A stretch of DNA of 64,000 nt from Lama glama (taxonomy: Eukaryota), in assembly GCA_028534125.1 (NCBI GenBank), contig CM052816.1, positions 30,630,001-30,694,000 of the forward strand. Reading direction: 5' to 3'. Of this stretch, positions 1 through 12,912 are shown piece by piece. The notes beneath the pieces are model-generated. The model saw only the letters and a list, made by a program, of their open reading frames with translations. It did not search any database and had not been told where the DNA came from. Every line of letters starts with the position of its first letter. Positions within the stretch are counted from its first letter, which is position 1. Both the position numbers and the translations under genes were made by a program.

Positions 1-3000
1 AGGGAACTATAAACACAACAATGGAGCCTACAAGTCGGGCACCCCTTGTACCAATATCTCTCATGCTTATAGGAACTGAGAACAATCTGAAACTTCAAGT
101 GAAATGGTATATTTTTATCAAGCCAATTAAATTGGTGATCAGCACCATGACTGTCAAAAGGCATTATTGCCTACTCTGTATTTTTAAATGTCCAATTATT
201 CTTTTTCTCTTCTGGACTTTCAGTTTTAAATGAAGTTAAGTGCTAAAGTTTGACCATATTGATTATAGCCTGCATTAATCTTTCAAAATAAGCATTAGAT
301 CTCAAAAGACCTCATTTAAATCAAGTACAAAGAACAAGTATCCACTCTTTGGCATTCCTGAAACAGTATTTCATGCTTTCAATATATATGCACTTTAGAA
401 AACTGTAAAGGCCAAGCACTCCCTCTCTATCATTGTGATTAGACTTGTAAATGCTGTGACAGTTAGATCCTAAAATCCTTCAGGATTCATCCTTGAAACA
501 AAGAGCCAAGGACTTACGTTGAGGAGAAAGGGAGGTGAGGAATGTATTAGAATCTGTCTTATGTTTTAGTGGTTGGGAAGAAGAGGGCCTGGACCAACTT
601 CCCTTTGGCTAGTGTGACTGTAGGAAACCCAAGATTCCTGCTAAAATCCCCGGCTGGACAATATTCATATCAGTGCTATGTCTCACTTTCATTGATTTCA
701 ATTCAGATGGAGACATTTAGGGGTTTGGGGAATGATTTAAAATCTTTCTTAAGCATCAACATAAATGGACACATAGATGGAATAGAAAATGGGAAGCTGA
801 GGAAAAAACTTGTGTTTTGAAATTACTCAAAATTCTGACTCATCTCCGTGGCCACAGAACATAATTTCACTGGCAAGGTCCTACAGGAGGGTCTTTTCCA
901 GGCAGAGGAAATAGCCCAGGTATGGAAGTTTTTCTGATATTGATTTGCCAATACAAAAACAATCCCGTTTAGTGTTCTGGCCTGTCTTTTAAATACATAT
1001 AGCTTGCAATTAGTCACTTGTTAGCTGTTTCACCTTCATGCTATAAAATATTACTATGAATGAGTCTTTCAAATAAGACAGTTAGCCTCTTGATGCTAGT
1101 TTGACATTTTAAAAGGATTACTGTAAAGATCAGCATTAATCAAATCAGCTCAAAGACTGGACCATAACAACCCCAAGGAAAACAGTCATATTGGGTGAAA
1201 AACCTATTCCCTGATTTTCTTTCAGATCCTATAATTCAAATGCTTGTGGTTTGTTTTTCTCTTTCAGTATTTCTCATCCTGCATGGAATGACCTGATCCC
1301 CTTTGGAGCCGGGCATGTTTAGGTCAGTTAATGGTGACTACAGAGATGTGGTAGAGACATGGTGACCACGTCCACTGTGACCACGTTCCTGTGACGGTAT
1401 TAAGACTAACCCTCTCAGCAGTATCAGGAAGAGGGCGAGTTTGTCTTTGGTGCTTCTCCTCTGATTGCTTTCCTTCTCTTCCCTCTGCCTCGACCAGCTA
1501 CAGGAACAGCTAGCTTGAACCTTCCTGGCCATTAAAATGATCAGCTGAGGCAGTGTAAGTGGTTGCTTAAAACTGCAGTCAGTTTCTTTGTTATGCTGTG
1601 ATCATGGAAAGACTCCTTCCCCTTGTCCTCATTTGGAAATGTCTTAATTTCTGCCAAGATTGGGATTATTGGCCTAATATCAAAGAAAGTAAAAATGAAG
1701 GGTATTGTTGATTGAGGAGATCATCTCCCCATCTAGTTCTGCTGGGACCTGAGAAAGAGACACTGTGGTAAATAACTTGAATTTTCATCTCTGTGTTAAT
1801 CCTTGCACAAAAGCAATGTCCTGAATTCAACTTCCAGAATATAGTTTTACTGTCTGTGCAGCTGTCTTTTTATCAACAACTTAGTATAGTGAACTGTAGT
1901 TTTAGACTGTTCTCTTTAACTAATGTGCTTTAGTGTCATTTATTTAGGAATTTATCATTAAGAAGTAAGAGAATCCTCTCCCAGAAGCCTCTAGGAATCT
2001 CTTCTCTGTCCACGTTCACCTGGCTGTAACTCCCTCTGGAGGTTAAGGACTCGCTTCACTTCCATCTTCTGTAGCTTTTCCTAGTTTCCCTCACAAAGAA
2101 GTGGACCCCAGGAAATACTGCTCCAATGATAATGATTCCAGACTTACAGGTGTTTCAAGAAAATGTCTGTGCTGCTATCAAAAATCACCAGCAATTCCTG
2201 CATGCTACAGCAAATATGGAACAGAAGGGACTCTAGGCTCCAGCATCTCCTAAGCTAAAGGGCAACCTACCCCCATCACGCTCTACAGCTGTGGTGACAC
2301 TCAGGTGCAGTACGCTGGTGTTCCCACCCTCTCTCTGGCTGCCCCTCAAGTGTGGTGTTGGAGAGGATGCCTTGGTGAGGAGGAAAGGCCATCTTTTAAG
2401 TCTTTAGAGCAGGGGCAAGGCAGGAAATATCAGATCAGCATTTTCACCTACATATTTTATGTCTTGTGTATTTCCATTTGCCCAGACTTGAGCACAGAGC
2501 TTAGCATCTCCAAGGCACTTAATACATTTTGTGGAATAGATGAATCAGCGAGTGCCCTGACACTTCATTCTTACCATGCTGCTTGTCTCTGCCCCTCCTA
2601 AATTTGCTACTTAGTATGTGCTCTCTCCTTCAAGTATCTTTTTCTTCTGGAAACAGTTATCCTTTCTCCTAGGTGTACCCAGGCTGCCTCTTCCTCTGTA
2701 TACATTACTTCCTTCTCTCCCTATGTCAGCTCTGGAAGCTGGACCCCATGCTTATCCCTGACTCTGCATTTCATCACCAACGTCTGAGGAACCAGTTTAC
2801 AACTTACTGAATGATTAGGTCTGCAAGGAATGAAATTAGGACCCTGGTGAAAATCCAAACTACTGTCCAGTAAATTAGAACCACACTTACACAAGAGTTT
2901 GGCCATTAAGAAAACTCCATTCTCCACCCTGATTTTTGGAAAAGTTGTGAAGAACTGAGTTTACTAGCCAAATGGCCTTTTTGAAAACAGGGCAACACTG

Positions 3001-6000
3001 CAAACATTCGACCACAAACTGTATTTTCTAACATCTGTTTTTTTTTTTTTTCCCACTGCTATTAGCAAACTGTCTTTAAAGCATGGCCACATGACCTCCC
3101 CAAGCAGGGTAGGGGTGTTTTACGGAACATAACTTTGCCACCATCAGCATCTGCACTGAGATGCCCATTCTAGCCACAGGTTCGTCTCCAATGTGTGTTC
3201 CCGGTTCCAATTCTGTAATCAGAGAATCTCTGGAGTTGTGAAGAAAAATGAGATCAGATTTTTAAAATGTCTAGCCCAGTGTGAAACAGAGAGATACTCA
3301 ATTTATGACAGCTCATTTAACCACCATCAGTCTGGCAGGAACTTACTGTGGTCCAATGGAAAACCTGCTACTGTATTTACATCTGCCATTATTCTCATTG
3401 AGCAAATCCTGCATTTCCTGAGAAGCATTGCTGACTCTTCCCATCCCTACTGTCACTTCTTCTCTCAGAGTCTCATCACTTTCCTGTGGAGGCGTTAATA
3501 TTGCTCCTTGCTCTCAGGCTTCCTTACTTTAGTTCATTTTCCACAGTGCTCATAGAATTTGCTCCTGAAAGTAAGCCTTATTAGCACACTTCCTTCCTTT
3601 CAATCTTTTGATCGGCTCTCTCTTGCCTAGTAAACTGCTTGATTTATTCTAAGTCTCCTCCAGGCCTTTTATCTCCTAATATACATTGTGAATCTCTAAG
3701 ATGGGGACATATGTCACAGTTTTACTAATGCAGTCTCCAGTAAAACTTTATTTTTCAGAGAGCATGTTTAGGCAATAATTTTTACACAGGAATACATAGG
3801 GCAATGCTGGCTTACAGCAGTTAATGGTCAAACTCTTTGGTGCAAACACACAAAATCTGTTGGCAAATCCCCTCTCAAATCTCAGCTTCTCTCTGCTTCG
3901 TTCCCACCTTTTTCTTCCAAAACCGCTGTTCTCAAACAACTGTCTTTGAGGTTCTGTCCCTCCTTCTGCAGGTAATATTGGCTTCTGAAGCATTCTCCCC
4001 TAGTTTCCTATCACACTTCTCCTTCTACTCAAAATCTGTTCCACTCAGTGACCTACTGATTCTCTAAGAAACAACTCAAATGCTATTTTCTCTGAAGCTG
4101 TTACATTCTTCTATCTCCTGAGCAACGTGGCTACTTTGGGAGTTTAAAAGGAAGAATAAACTAGGTTCTTACTCCTTATAACTGCATCACATTGCTATGT
4201 GAAACTGTGCCTCACTCATCAAAAATAAACTCCATATGGGCAGGCATTGGCCATGGTACATTCTTTTTGTAGCTCCTTTTCTAGTTTATTGCCTAATATA
4301 TATAAAGATGACGTGTAGTGAATGTTTACTAAAATATTTGCTAAATACGCTACAGATAGAAGATAAAACCGTATTTGTCACACGCACACATACAAACTGT
4401 TACCAAGCAACGCAGTCAATGATTTTTATCTTCAGGAAAGCAAGCATTTACTTCACAGGTCCATCAATCTTTGGAAATCCTGATTTCTCTGTTTCTCATC
4501 ATACACATCCTATAAACTGTACTCCTCAGGGACCATAAACTTTCCAATGTCACTGTAGAATATCCTGCTTAACAAGGACTTGGCTGTTCTATCTTGTGCC
4601 AAAGTCAACATGACAGCATCCCCCCAGTTGACTTGTAAGGCTCTTCTCGGGCTCCCCACAGGCAGCTCCTGTGCAGAAGGGCAAGAGGAACCTCACATCG
4701 CTTTTCTGAAAACACAGTCTGTCATTATTCACTGATGGTCCTCCAGCCAATGCCCACTCCTAGCTCAGACTGCCACTCGATAACAATTCCTGTAGAAGAG
4801 CAGCTGTTCCATATCATATGCCTCTCCATGAACAGCGCCCAGGTACTGCCATTCCAATTGTTTTATGAATGTGCTAGAGAGATGGCAGGTTGCCAAAGAC
4901 AGCATCCACAGGATTGTTTGAAATAACGCCCCAGACATAAAAGGAAAGAAAAAAAATCCCTCACAGATTGCACTGTGTACAATTCTGGCTGTGTTGCACA
5001 TCCTCTGCAGCTGTGCATTCATGATGCTACATTTAAGTAGAAATCTGTGAAAAAAATTAGTCAACAGGAGATGAGAGTTTGGTGGCCATTGTAAGGATTT
5101 GGCTGCCGTGGTTGCCAAGATCCATCCAGAATGAGCTCTGCTTGTCTCATAATCAACTGGAAGTAGGCTATGACCCCTTGCTGGAATTTAATCTTTTCAT
5201 CCATTGTATGATCTTTTTTCCAAAAATTAGCACTTATATTTTTTTTTATGAAAAGGATTACCGTTACTTTGTGCTGATTCTTTTAGAATCACAACTGTCT
5301 TAAAGTTGGGATTTTTTAACCGTCATGAAGAGAGAAACTTTCCCAAACGTGTATGTGTCACCCTAGTACTTCTTATGCTCCCCCGCCTCACTCTGAGGAA
5401 ACCGATAGTAAAACTGCAATTAATGAGGAAGACGCCTGCTCAGTTGAAATGTATAAGATCAGTTGCTTATCAGCAGGATGCAAATCCAAGTTTCAGAGGC
5501 ACCACCAATTTCTCATTGTCAGACAGAAGAATATTTCAAACTCTGCCTAATGAAAAAGGAAAATAAAATATCCCATGAATCCATCAGTTGATGAAGAAAG
5601 GAATATGAAACACAATGACTATCGGAAGAGAAAAGAAAAACTTCTTTGGGTTGTTGCGAAATGCCTTGTTTTTAAAGATATGTAAAAGCTAACACTTTTG
5701 AGTAAGTTCTCTATTTAGAACTCAGCAATATCTCTGGAAAGTAAAGATTACCTTAGCTAATCTCACAATGCTTGGCCTTTTCAAGGAAGTTACTATAGTG
5801 TGCCAACAGAGTTCAGCAGATCCATTAACATTTTCCCCGCAAAGCACGATTATCTTTCTCCAGAAACCTGTGAAGCTGAGATTTGTCTCAATCTTATTTG
5901 CCAATTACACACTTCAAATATTTGTATAGTCCTGAAAATAGAGATGGTCATTACATTCCATGTCTTTCTCATATATGTTGAGTATTTTAGCATATTTGAA

Positions 6001-6224
6001 AAATTTCATCCGAACCATTTCTCCAAACTCACCTCCAGTTTGGAGCAACATCTAATCTCTGGTTTGCTCGTCTCTTTCTTTCCCCTCCAATTCTAGTTTA
6101 GAATCTTAAGAGTTACTCTTTCCATGAAAGTTCTCATCACCACTTGGGTGCATCATTACTTAGTTTACAAGATGTTAATCTGTGCTAGAGTTGTGCCTCT
6201 TTAAATGTTTTTCTTCATATTTGC

Positions 6225-7210
6225 TCTTTTTAAAATAAACTTTACATGTAAATAGTTTTATATTTAAAGAAAAGTTGAAGAAATTCAAGAGTTCTCAAAT
6301 ACTCCTGATCTCCCCTATAAATAGCATCTTACATAAGTACAGTGCATTGGTCAAAATCTGTGAGTTCACATTGATATGATAAATCATTATTTTTAACTAA
6401 ACACCATACTTTATATTTCCTTATTTTTACCTAATATCCTTTATCTGTTCCAGGACCCTATCCAGGATACCACATTGTGTTTGGTCAACCTGTCTCTTTA
6501 AGGATATCTAGACTGTGACAGTGTCTCAGATTTGCCTGTTTTTAGTGACCTTGACAATTTTGAAAACTACTAATCAGATATTTTTCAGACTATACCTCAG
6601 CTGTTGGTTTGTTTTTTAATTGACATATAGTCAGTTACAATGTGTCAATTTCTGGTGCACAGCATGATGTCCCACTAATGCATATATAAATTTGGGAGTT
6701 TGAGATTTGCAAATGTTAACCACTATATATAAAAACAGTTAAAAAACAAATTTCTTCTGTATATCATAAGGGACTATATTCAGTATCTTGTAATAACTTT
6801 TAATGAAAAAGAATATGAAAACGAATATATGTCTATATACACATGACTTAACTAGGTTTTAACTGATGTTTTTCACACGATTAGACTAGGGTTATAGGTT
6901 TTGGGGAGAAAGGCCACAGAGATAAAGGCCATCCCCATCACATCATGTCAAGGGTACGTGTACGCAACATGATTTATTTTTACTGTTGCTGTTGACCACC
7001 TGGCTACGGTAGTGTTTGTCAGGTGAATCCACTCTAAGGTTATTCTCTCCCCGCCCCCTTTCCATTCTGTACCCTTGAGAAGGAAATTGCTTGGTGCCGT
7101 CCACACTGAAGGAGTGGGGAGTTATGCTCTATCTCCTTGAGGGTGTAATATCTGCATAATTTATTTGAAATTCTTCTGTGCGAGAAATTTGTCTATTCTC
7201 ATTAATTTAT
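6225..7210 (-). mobile_element. Old L1 (L1MC3/L1MD-like) 3' terminal segment, interrupted by a younger L1
   Basis: Reverse complement matches the recalled L1MC/L1MD 3'UTR (CCCTCAAGGAGATAGAGCATAACTCCCCACTCC; GTGGTATCCTGGATAGGGTCCTGGAACAGA; ends AAAGTTTATTTTAAAAA). Confidence 0.85.
6608..6848 (-). mobile_element. Young camelid-type L1 3' end with 5' inversion
   Basis: T-tract plus ttaattgacatatagtcagttacaatgtgtcaatttctggtg (minus, to ~6686), then the upstream part of the same 3'UTR on the plus strand (6687-6848). It is homologous to the non-inverted copy at 36526-36799. Confidence 0.85.
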
Positions 7211-7212
7211 AT

Positions 7213-7918
7213 ATGAAACTTTTCTGCCACAGTACTGCTGTGGTGGATACTCAGCGCTATGAATTTGTGAAAATCCATAAAACTTTACAGCATAAAAAAT
7301 GAATCTTAATGTGTGCAATTAAAAAAAAAACCCTTTAGGAAGCCAGAGGACGCTAGGATGGAATAAATACTGCAACAACAAAACACTATACATATATATT
7401 GGAACTAAGCAATTAAGTGAATGGGTGGCTGATGGAACAAGACAGGTTTCTCACTGTTGGAGTGGGAGCTTACAAACAACAAGAGAAGAAGGCTAGAATG
7501 TTCCATATGGTAACAAATTAGAGTTGGAGACAGTATGAACTTGTGTTTAGTACAGATACAGACAGATAAGTACAGTAATACATATAGATATGTCTGTATA
7601 CATGCATATACACAAATATTTCTTGCTTTGTCTGCTGAGAAGGGCTATGACAATTACACCTGCCATGGCTGTTATCTAGATCTTGGCTTCTAATACCATT
7701 TTTCAATAAAAGAACCAGGGATCCTAGAAGAAAGGGATGATTCTATCAGTGGGGCAGGAGATCAACCTGGGATACTTTAGAGTGCCAGAAAGTAAGGAAG
7801 TGAGCAAAACAAAATCACAAAAAGGGAAGTGTGTCAAAGATGGGGCCGATCATGCAAGCGCCTACTGAAAGAGCTACCAATGGCCAAAGCTGGAAAAACA
7901 TAAGCAAAATGAAAAACG
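7213..7918 (+). mobile_element. Old L1 (L1MC3/L1MD-like) upstream 3'UTR segment, inverted relative to 6225-7210
   Basis: caggtttctcactgttggagtgggag, ttagagttggagac, gtgccagaaagtaaggaagtg and ccaatggccaaagctggaa match the recalled consensus. Confidence 0.85.
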
Positions 7919-8014
7919 AATGTCTTTGTTAAATGCAATTTGATTAACACATCATCCTGAATGAATCACTGTTTCTTGCTCCGTAAGTCCTACCAAAGAG
8001 ATAATTTAGGATAA

Positions 8015-8212
8015 GGGTTGTTAGCAAATATTCTGGAATTAGACTGATCAAGTTTAAATTATGGCTCCAGTTCTTATGTATTAGTCTGGTCAAACTGCTT
8101 AATCTATTTATATTTCCATTTTCTTGTCAAAATATTGGATAATGACAATATATATGAAGTGCTAGTCTATGGTGCTGGGCAGATGGTAAGCACTCAGTAA
8201 ACATGAGCTATT
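8015..8212 (+). mobile_element. MIR SINE, decayed
   Basis: tctggaattagactgatcaagtttaaattatggctcc ... ggtaagcactcagtaaacatgagctatt resembles the MIR head and tail. Confidence 0.6.
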
Positions 8213-10419
8213 TTTAAAAGTTTGTTTGCAGTATGCATTAAGTAAAATTCGTTATTTTCATTGCTAAATGACAATTTATTTCTTGATAATTTTGGGAGCA
8301 GTATTTTCAAAGGGTATAGAGTTTATTGCAGACATACCAAACTAATTTGCTAAAATTCATTTATACATATAAAATGCCATTTCTGCATTTTATATTTACA
8401 ATTCCCATTAATGGGATTATAGATAAGTTCTGTGATAGTTGCTATGACTTCCTTTGATTTTTACAAATGATTAAATTGCATATTAGGTTTTAATATGGTT
8501 GCTTTTTCTAAATGTAGCAATATAGCTTGGGGCGATGTTTCTCTAGTGTCACTATTGACCAATTCTGTTATTTTTGTGAAAATTTCCGTGAGAATGTTTG
8601 CTTGATGTCAGACACATAAAATCATTGAAAACTGACTGAAAATAAAGCTAAAAACCAGGAATCAGTTGTTTTACACTTGGATAAACTCATACTTTGTTAG
8701 ACATCCTACAATAGCCAATAATGTTGGTAAGCCAGAGTACTAAGGTGTGGTCTAAGGAAGAAGGCATGGTGGGCTGCAGCACTGGCCCCATTAGGGTACA
8801 AAGCACCCTCCCAAACTACAGACCAGTCTTCCCATGGCTTAATATAAACAATAATTTAAAAAAAAACTTACATGAAGTATTAAACAAATATTCTTGAAAC
8901 ACACCCCCTTTTATCCCATTCAAAAACAGATTGCCATTCCTAAATACCTCCTGTAAATAAATTCTAGACAAATCCTTGGTGTCAACAGGAATATTTCTGC
9001 ATCTATACACAAGGTTTGACTTTAACAGTCATCAACTCACTGCTGTCAACAAAGATACTAATATTTTCAACCTAAATGTTGAGTCAATATCAAGTTGCTT
9101 TGATTACTCGAATTAACATGTCAGCCCCCATGGAGTTCTTCCCCTTTCCTTTTCTAGGGTACAGCTCCTGGCTTTAAAAATTCAGTTGAGGTTATATTTT
9201 GGCTTTGGTGTGTGCCTCCTTGGAACTGCAGAACAGAAAAATTACCATTTGATGCTCCTGGCTTCGAAAATATCCCCAAAACTGGGGAGGCGATCTAATG
9301 GGCCGCTGATATATAGATGGCCCAGAGTGAAGCCAAATCATCATTGTAGATGAAGAAGTGTCACGCAGAGACAGTGTGGGTTCTATCCATCTTTCAATGA
9401 TAATTAGAAAATCTACTGTTTCTGTCACTGGCTTCTCCAAGGAACTAAGTGATACCCGAGGCTCTAAGTTGGCTTTAATTCATGGGGTAGGAATAAAATG
9501 TTGCATTCTTGATTTATTGCATGAAACTTCCCTTTGTCTTAACCCATTGATTGATCTCATGTAAATTGGATTTGTCCCTTGCTAACCTGAAAGCTCAAGG
9601 AGGTCGAGGACCTCGTGTCTCTTAAAATTTAACACAATGCCTACCATATGTTAAATGTTTATACTAGTATGTTGAAATTCAATCAATTCTTCAGGCATGT
9701 TACAAAACTTGTGGATAAAGATTCAAAGCTGAACTTCTCCTTGCTTTCTTTTATCTTTGTGTTAAAAAACACTCCTTTTTGGGAGAAATAGAGAAAAACC
9801 AAACAGATGGTAAAAGTGTGTTATCTTCCTTAATAAAAAATGTATTAATCAATTCTAATCTTTCGATAATTTCAAAACATAAACGGGGGGGGGGAATGAG
9901 GAGTCATGAGATGTAGGCTGCAAATCTAAGTGTTTTTCTAGGCAACTGTGGGGACAGGGACAAGTGGTAACTGTAAATCAACTCAGCAATTGCATGGGAT
10001 TCCAAGCTGGGAAGCAGAGCATCACTGAATCTGTTCCAGGGGCTCCTGTCTCTTTTACTTAGTGTTCTCTAAGGAAAGGATGACTTGGCCGCTGTAAGGG
10101 CTGATCAGGCAAGAACTCTTATACATTTACCTTCCCAATCAGAGTTCCTATCAAATACAACTCCTGGGGAATAGTGAACCACGCATGCAAGATCTGCCCT
10201 GTATTTTACAGAATACAAAATAGTGAAAAGTTTCCTGATACTCAAAGACCTGCAATTTTACTTATTATAAACATTTCCCAGTATCATCAGATGTAAGGAC
10301 CACTGCTTGAGCTTCCTGAATGGCTTCCTAGCGTATGTCTGGCCTTTCTCTAATTAATTTCTGCACATCACTTTCAAAATTCATCTTTCAAAAACACAGC
10401 TTTTACAAAGGTAGGTCCT

Positions 10420-10424
<5 letters not shown>

Positions 10425-10483
<59 letters not shown>
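10425..10483. repeat. (AC)n microsatellite, ~29 units
   Basis: Perfect AC run seen directly. Confidence 0.98.
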
Positions 10484-10484
<1 letters not shown>

Positions 10485-11121
10485 CAGAACGTAGTCATCC
10501 TCTACATTTACAGAGCAGTGGGAATCTGCTTAGTCTGGCACTCAATGCTTAATATAGACTTGGAATCAAACAGACCTTAAGTTCAAACTCTGGCTCTGTT
10601 TTGGTAGACCACACAGATAATCCAAGAGAGTCTTATATGAGTAATAACTATGTCATTCTTATTATAGAAATATTTGGACTTTAGGTTATTTTTTAATCCC
10701 AAAGGGTTTAAGCTTGGGTTCTAGCTTATGTTGCTTAATTTCTATTTTAGCAACAAGAAATACCTGGGAATGATAAGGCTACCTACAGCATCTACTGCCT
10801 ACACATTCGATCATAGTTAGGAACTTGCTTTACATTTTTATGCATTTAGTTATCAAGATACATTTTTTCAATCTATTATATAAATGGTGACTGTGTTTAC
10901 CCTACTCAAATCAGCTCAGTATCCCTTGCCTTCTATTTTAGATCAATTGCCTAATATAGTTGGACATTCTATTTGTCTTAGAGAACCTCAAACAACTGAC
11001 ATTTATTATTCATCACTCAGAAAAAATGTGATTTTAAAAAAGAGGGCTCAATCAAGAAGAAATCGGACTTTAAATATCAATGTGTTAATGTCATTAATCA
11101 ATATTAGAAATGTTCACATTC

Positions 11122-11144
11122 GTGTGTGTGTGTGTGTGTGTGTG
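11122..11144. repeat. (GT)n microsatellite, ~11 units
   Basis: Perfect GT run seen directly. Confidence 0.95.
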
Positions 11145-11230
11145 AGCCCACATAGGTGTAAGCCAGGTGGGAAAGGGGCAAGAGGTCCTATGGGGCCAGG
11201 GTCAGTCTTGGTAGTGGAAAATTGGAGAGT

Positions 11231-11450
11231 GGTTGTAGGCAGTCTCTAAGACTCCAAGATGACCCCCAGTCATTCTGGACTTCTAGTATTGATTTCTATG
11301 TGTGATTCTTAAAACTGAGCTAGACTAACTGATTCACTGCTAAATCAAAGAATTTGGCAGAAGAGATACAATGCTACTTCTTAAATTAGGTTATAAAATA
11401 TTCTGACTTTCATCTTGGGTGTTAACTCTCTCCCCCTCTCTCTCACTTCA
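11231..11450 (+). mobile_element. ERVL-MaLR LTR 5' half (MLT1E/F-like)
   Basis: tgtaggcagtctctaag...agaatttggcagaagagatacaatgctacttcttaaattaggttataaaa. Similar to the reverse complement of 42880-43032. Confidence 0.7.
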
Positions 11451-11459
11451 TTTAAAAAT

Positions 11460-11830
11460 TTATTTCTGGGAATGTATTTTTTATTTGTTTTAGACATAAT
11501 CAAATTGCATGTCTAACTTTGTGTTCTTCTGATTTTTTTTATCAACATTATAGTCTTCAGCATTTCCAAGTTAATGTACAGACTTTTTAGTGATCTTTTT
11601 AAAGAGAGCAACATAGTTGATTGATGTTAGTCACAATTTTTGTAATAATTCCTATGCTTACATATTATAAGAAGTTTAAGATATTTCAAACTTGTTGCTA
11701 TTAAAATGAATACTTATAAACATTCTCATCCACTTTTAATATTCTTTATTTTTCCCTTATTTTAGATTTATAAAGTGAAATTTTGGGTAAAAAGACACAA
11801 ATCTTCTTTTAAGAACTTTTATCCAAAAAC
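11460..11830 (-). mobile_element. Ancient L1 (L1ME-like) 3' fragment
   Basis: Degenerate match: tatttcaaacttgttgctatta...ataaacattctc...aagtgaaattttgggtaaaaag. Confidence 0.5.
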
Positions 11831-12314
11831 ATATTTTTAACAGGTAAACTTTCCCCTTAGCTTTAGCTTCCTATTTTCTTCATAATCAACTGAGGCGACT
11901 CCATGTAACTTAAAAGATTAGGTCTCTCAAAAGATTCCTACAGGACAGTTTTTTTTTTTTTAATGTAAAGGTCTTAGATCCATTTTAAAGACATAGTACT
12001 GCAGGTAAGAAGTGTTATCACATTGTATGGGTTCTTCCTACAAGTCTGTCACCTTATTATTTCTAGTTCACTGACAGCTCTTCAAAAACTGTATTCTCTG
12101 GAGCTGTAGCTAAAATCCTGCTTTGTCTATTTTCAAAGAGATTAGTGAACTCATAAATCCAGGAAGTTCCCCTTAATTAGGTTAATTACATAATGCTGTT
12201 AATACAGCAGAATGACTTCCCCACAATTTTAGGAAACGAATTGTGCTGAGGACACCTTATTCTATCAAAAAATTTCCAACTAGGATTTCCAGGTGTTCTT
12301 TAATTTCTTCTAAA

Positions 12315-12912
12315 TTATTTAAGTTAGGTTTACTGAGATATCATTTACTTATAATAAAACATCCTTTTTTTAGTATATATATAGTTCAATGAGATTTGAC
12401 AATTACATAGTCATGTGTCTGCCACCACAACGAAGATACAGAATATTTTCATCACCCCAAAAAGTTTCCTTATAGCTCTTTGTAGACAGTTTCCCTTTCT
12501 CCCGCTCATCCCCTGGCAACCAGGGATCTGACAGTTTCCTGAACAGTACATTATTGCTTTTTCTGGAATGTCATGTGAATGGAATCAGGGAGGCTTTTGT
12601 TTCTAGTTTCTTTCACTCAGCATAATGCCTTTGAGATTCAGACATTTCGTTGGCATGTATCAATAGTTTGCTCCTTTTTATTGCTGAGAATTATTATTCC
12701 ACTATATGGATATAACACAAGTTGTGTATCCATTTACCAGTTAATTGACACTTTGGTTGTTCCTAGTTCGTGGATGTTGTAAATAAAGCTGGCATAAATA
12801 TTCAATATTTGTCTGTGGGTGGGAATACTTTTTGATTTCTCTTAGGTATATCTAGGTGTGAGAATGAAGAATCTTGTGGAAAGTGTTGTTTAAATTTTTA
12901 AGAAATTATTGA
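12315..12912 (-). mobile_element. L1MB/L1ME-like 3' end
   Basis: aagatacagaatattttcatcaccccaaaaagtttcctt; cccctggcaacca; ctttcactcagcataatg; tatccatttaccagtt. Confidence 0.85.
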
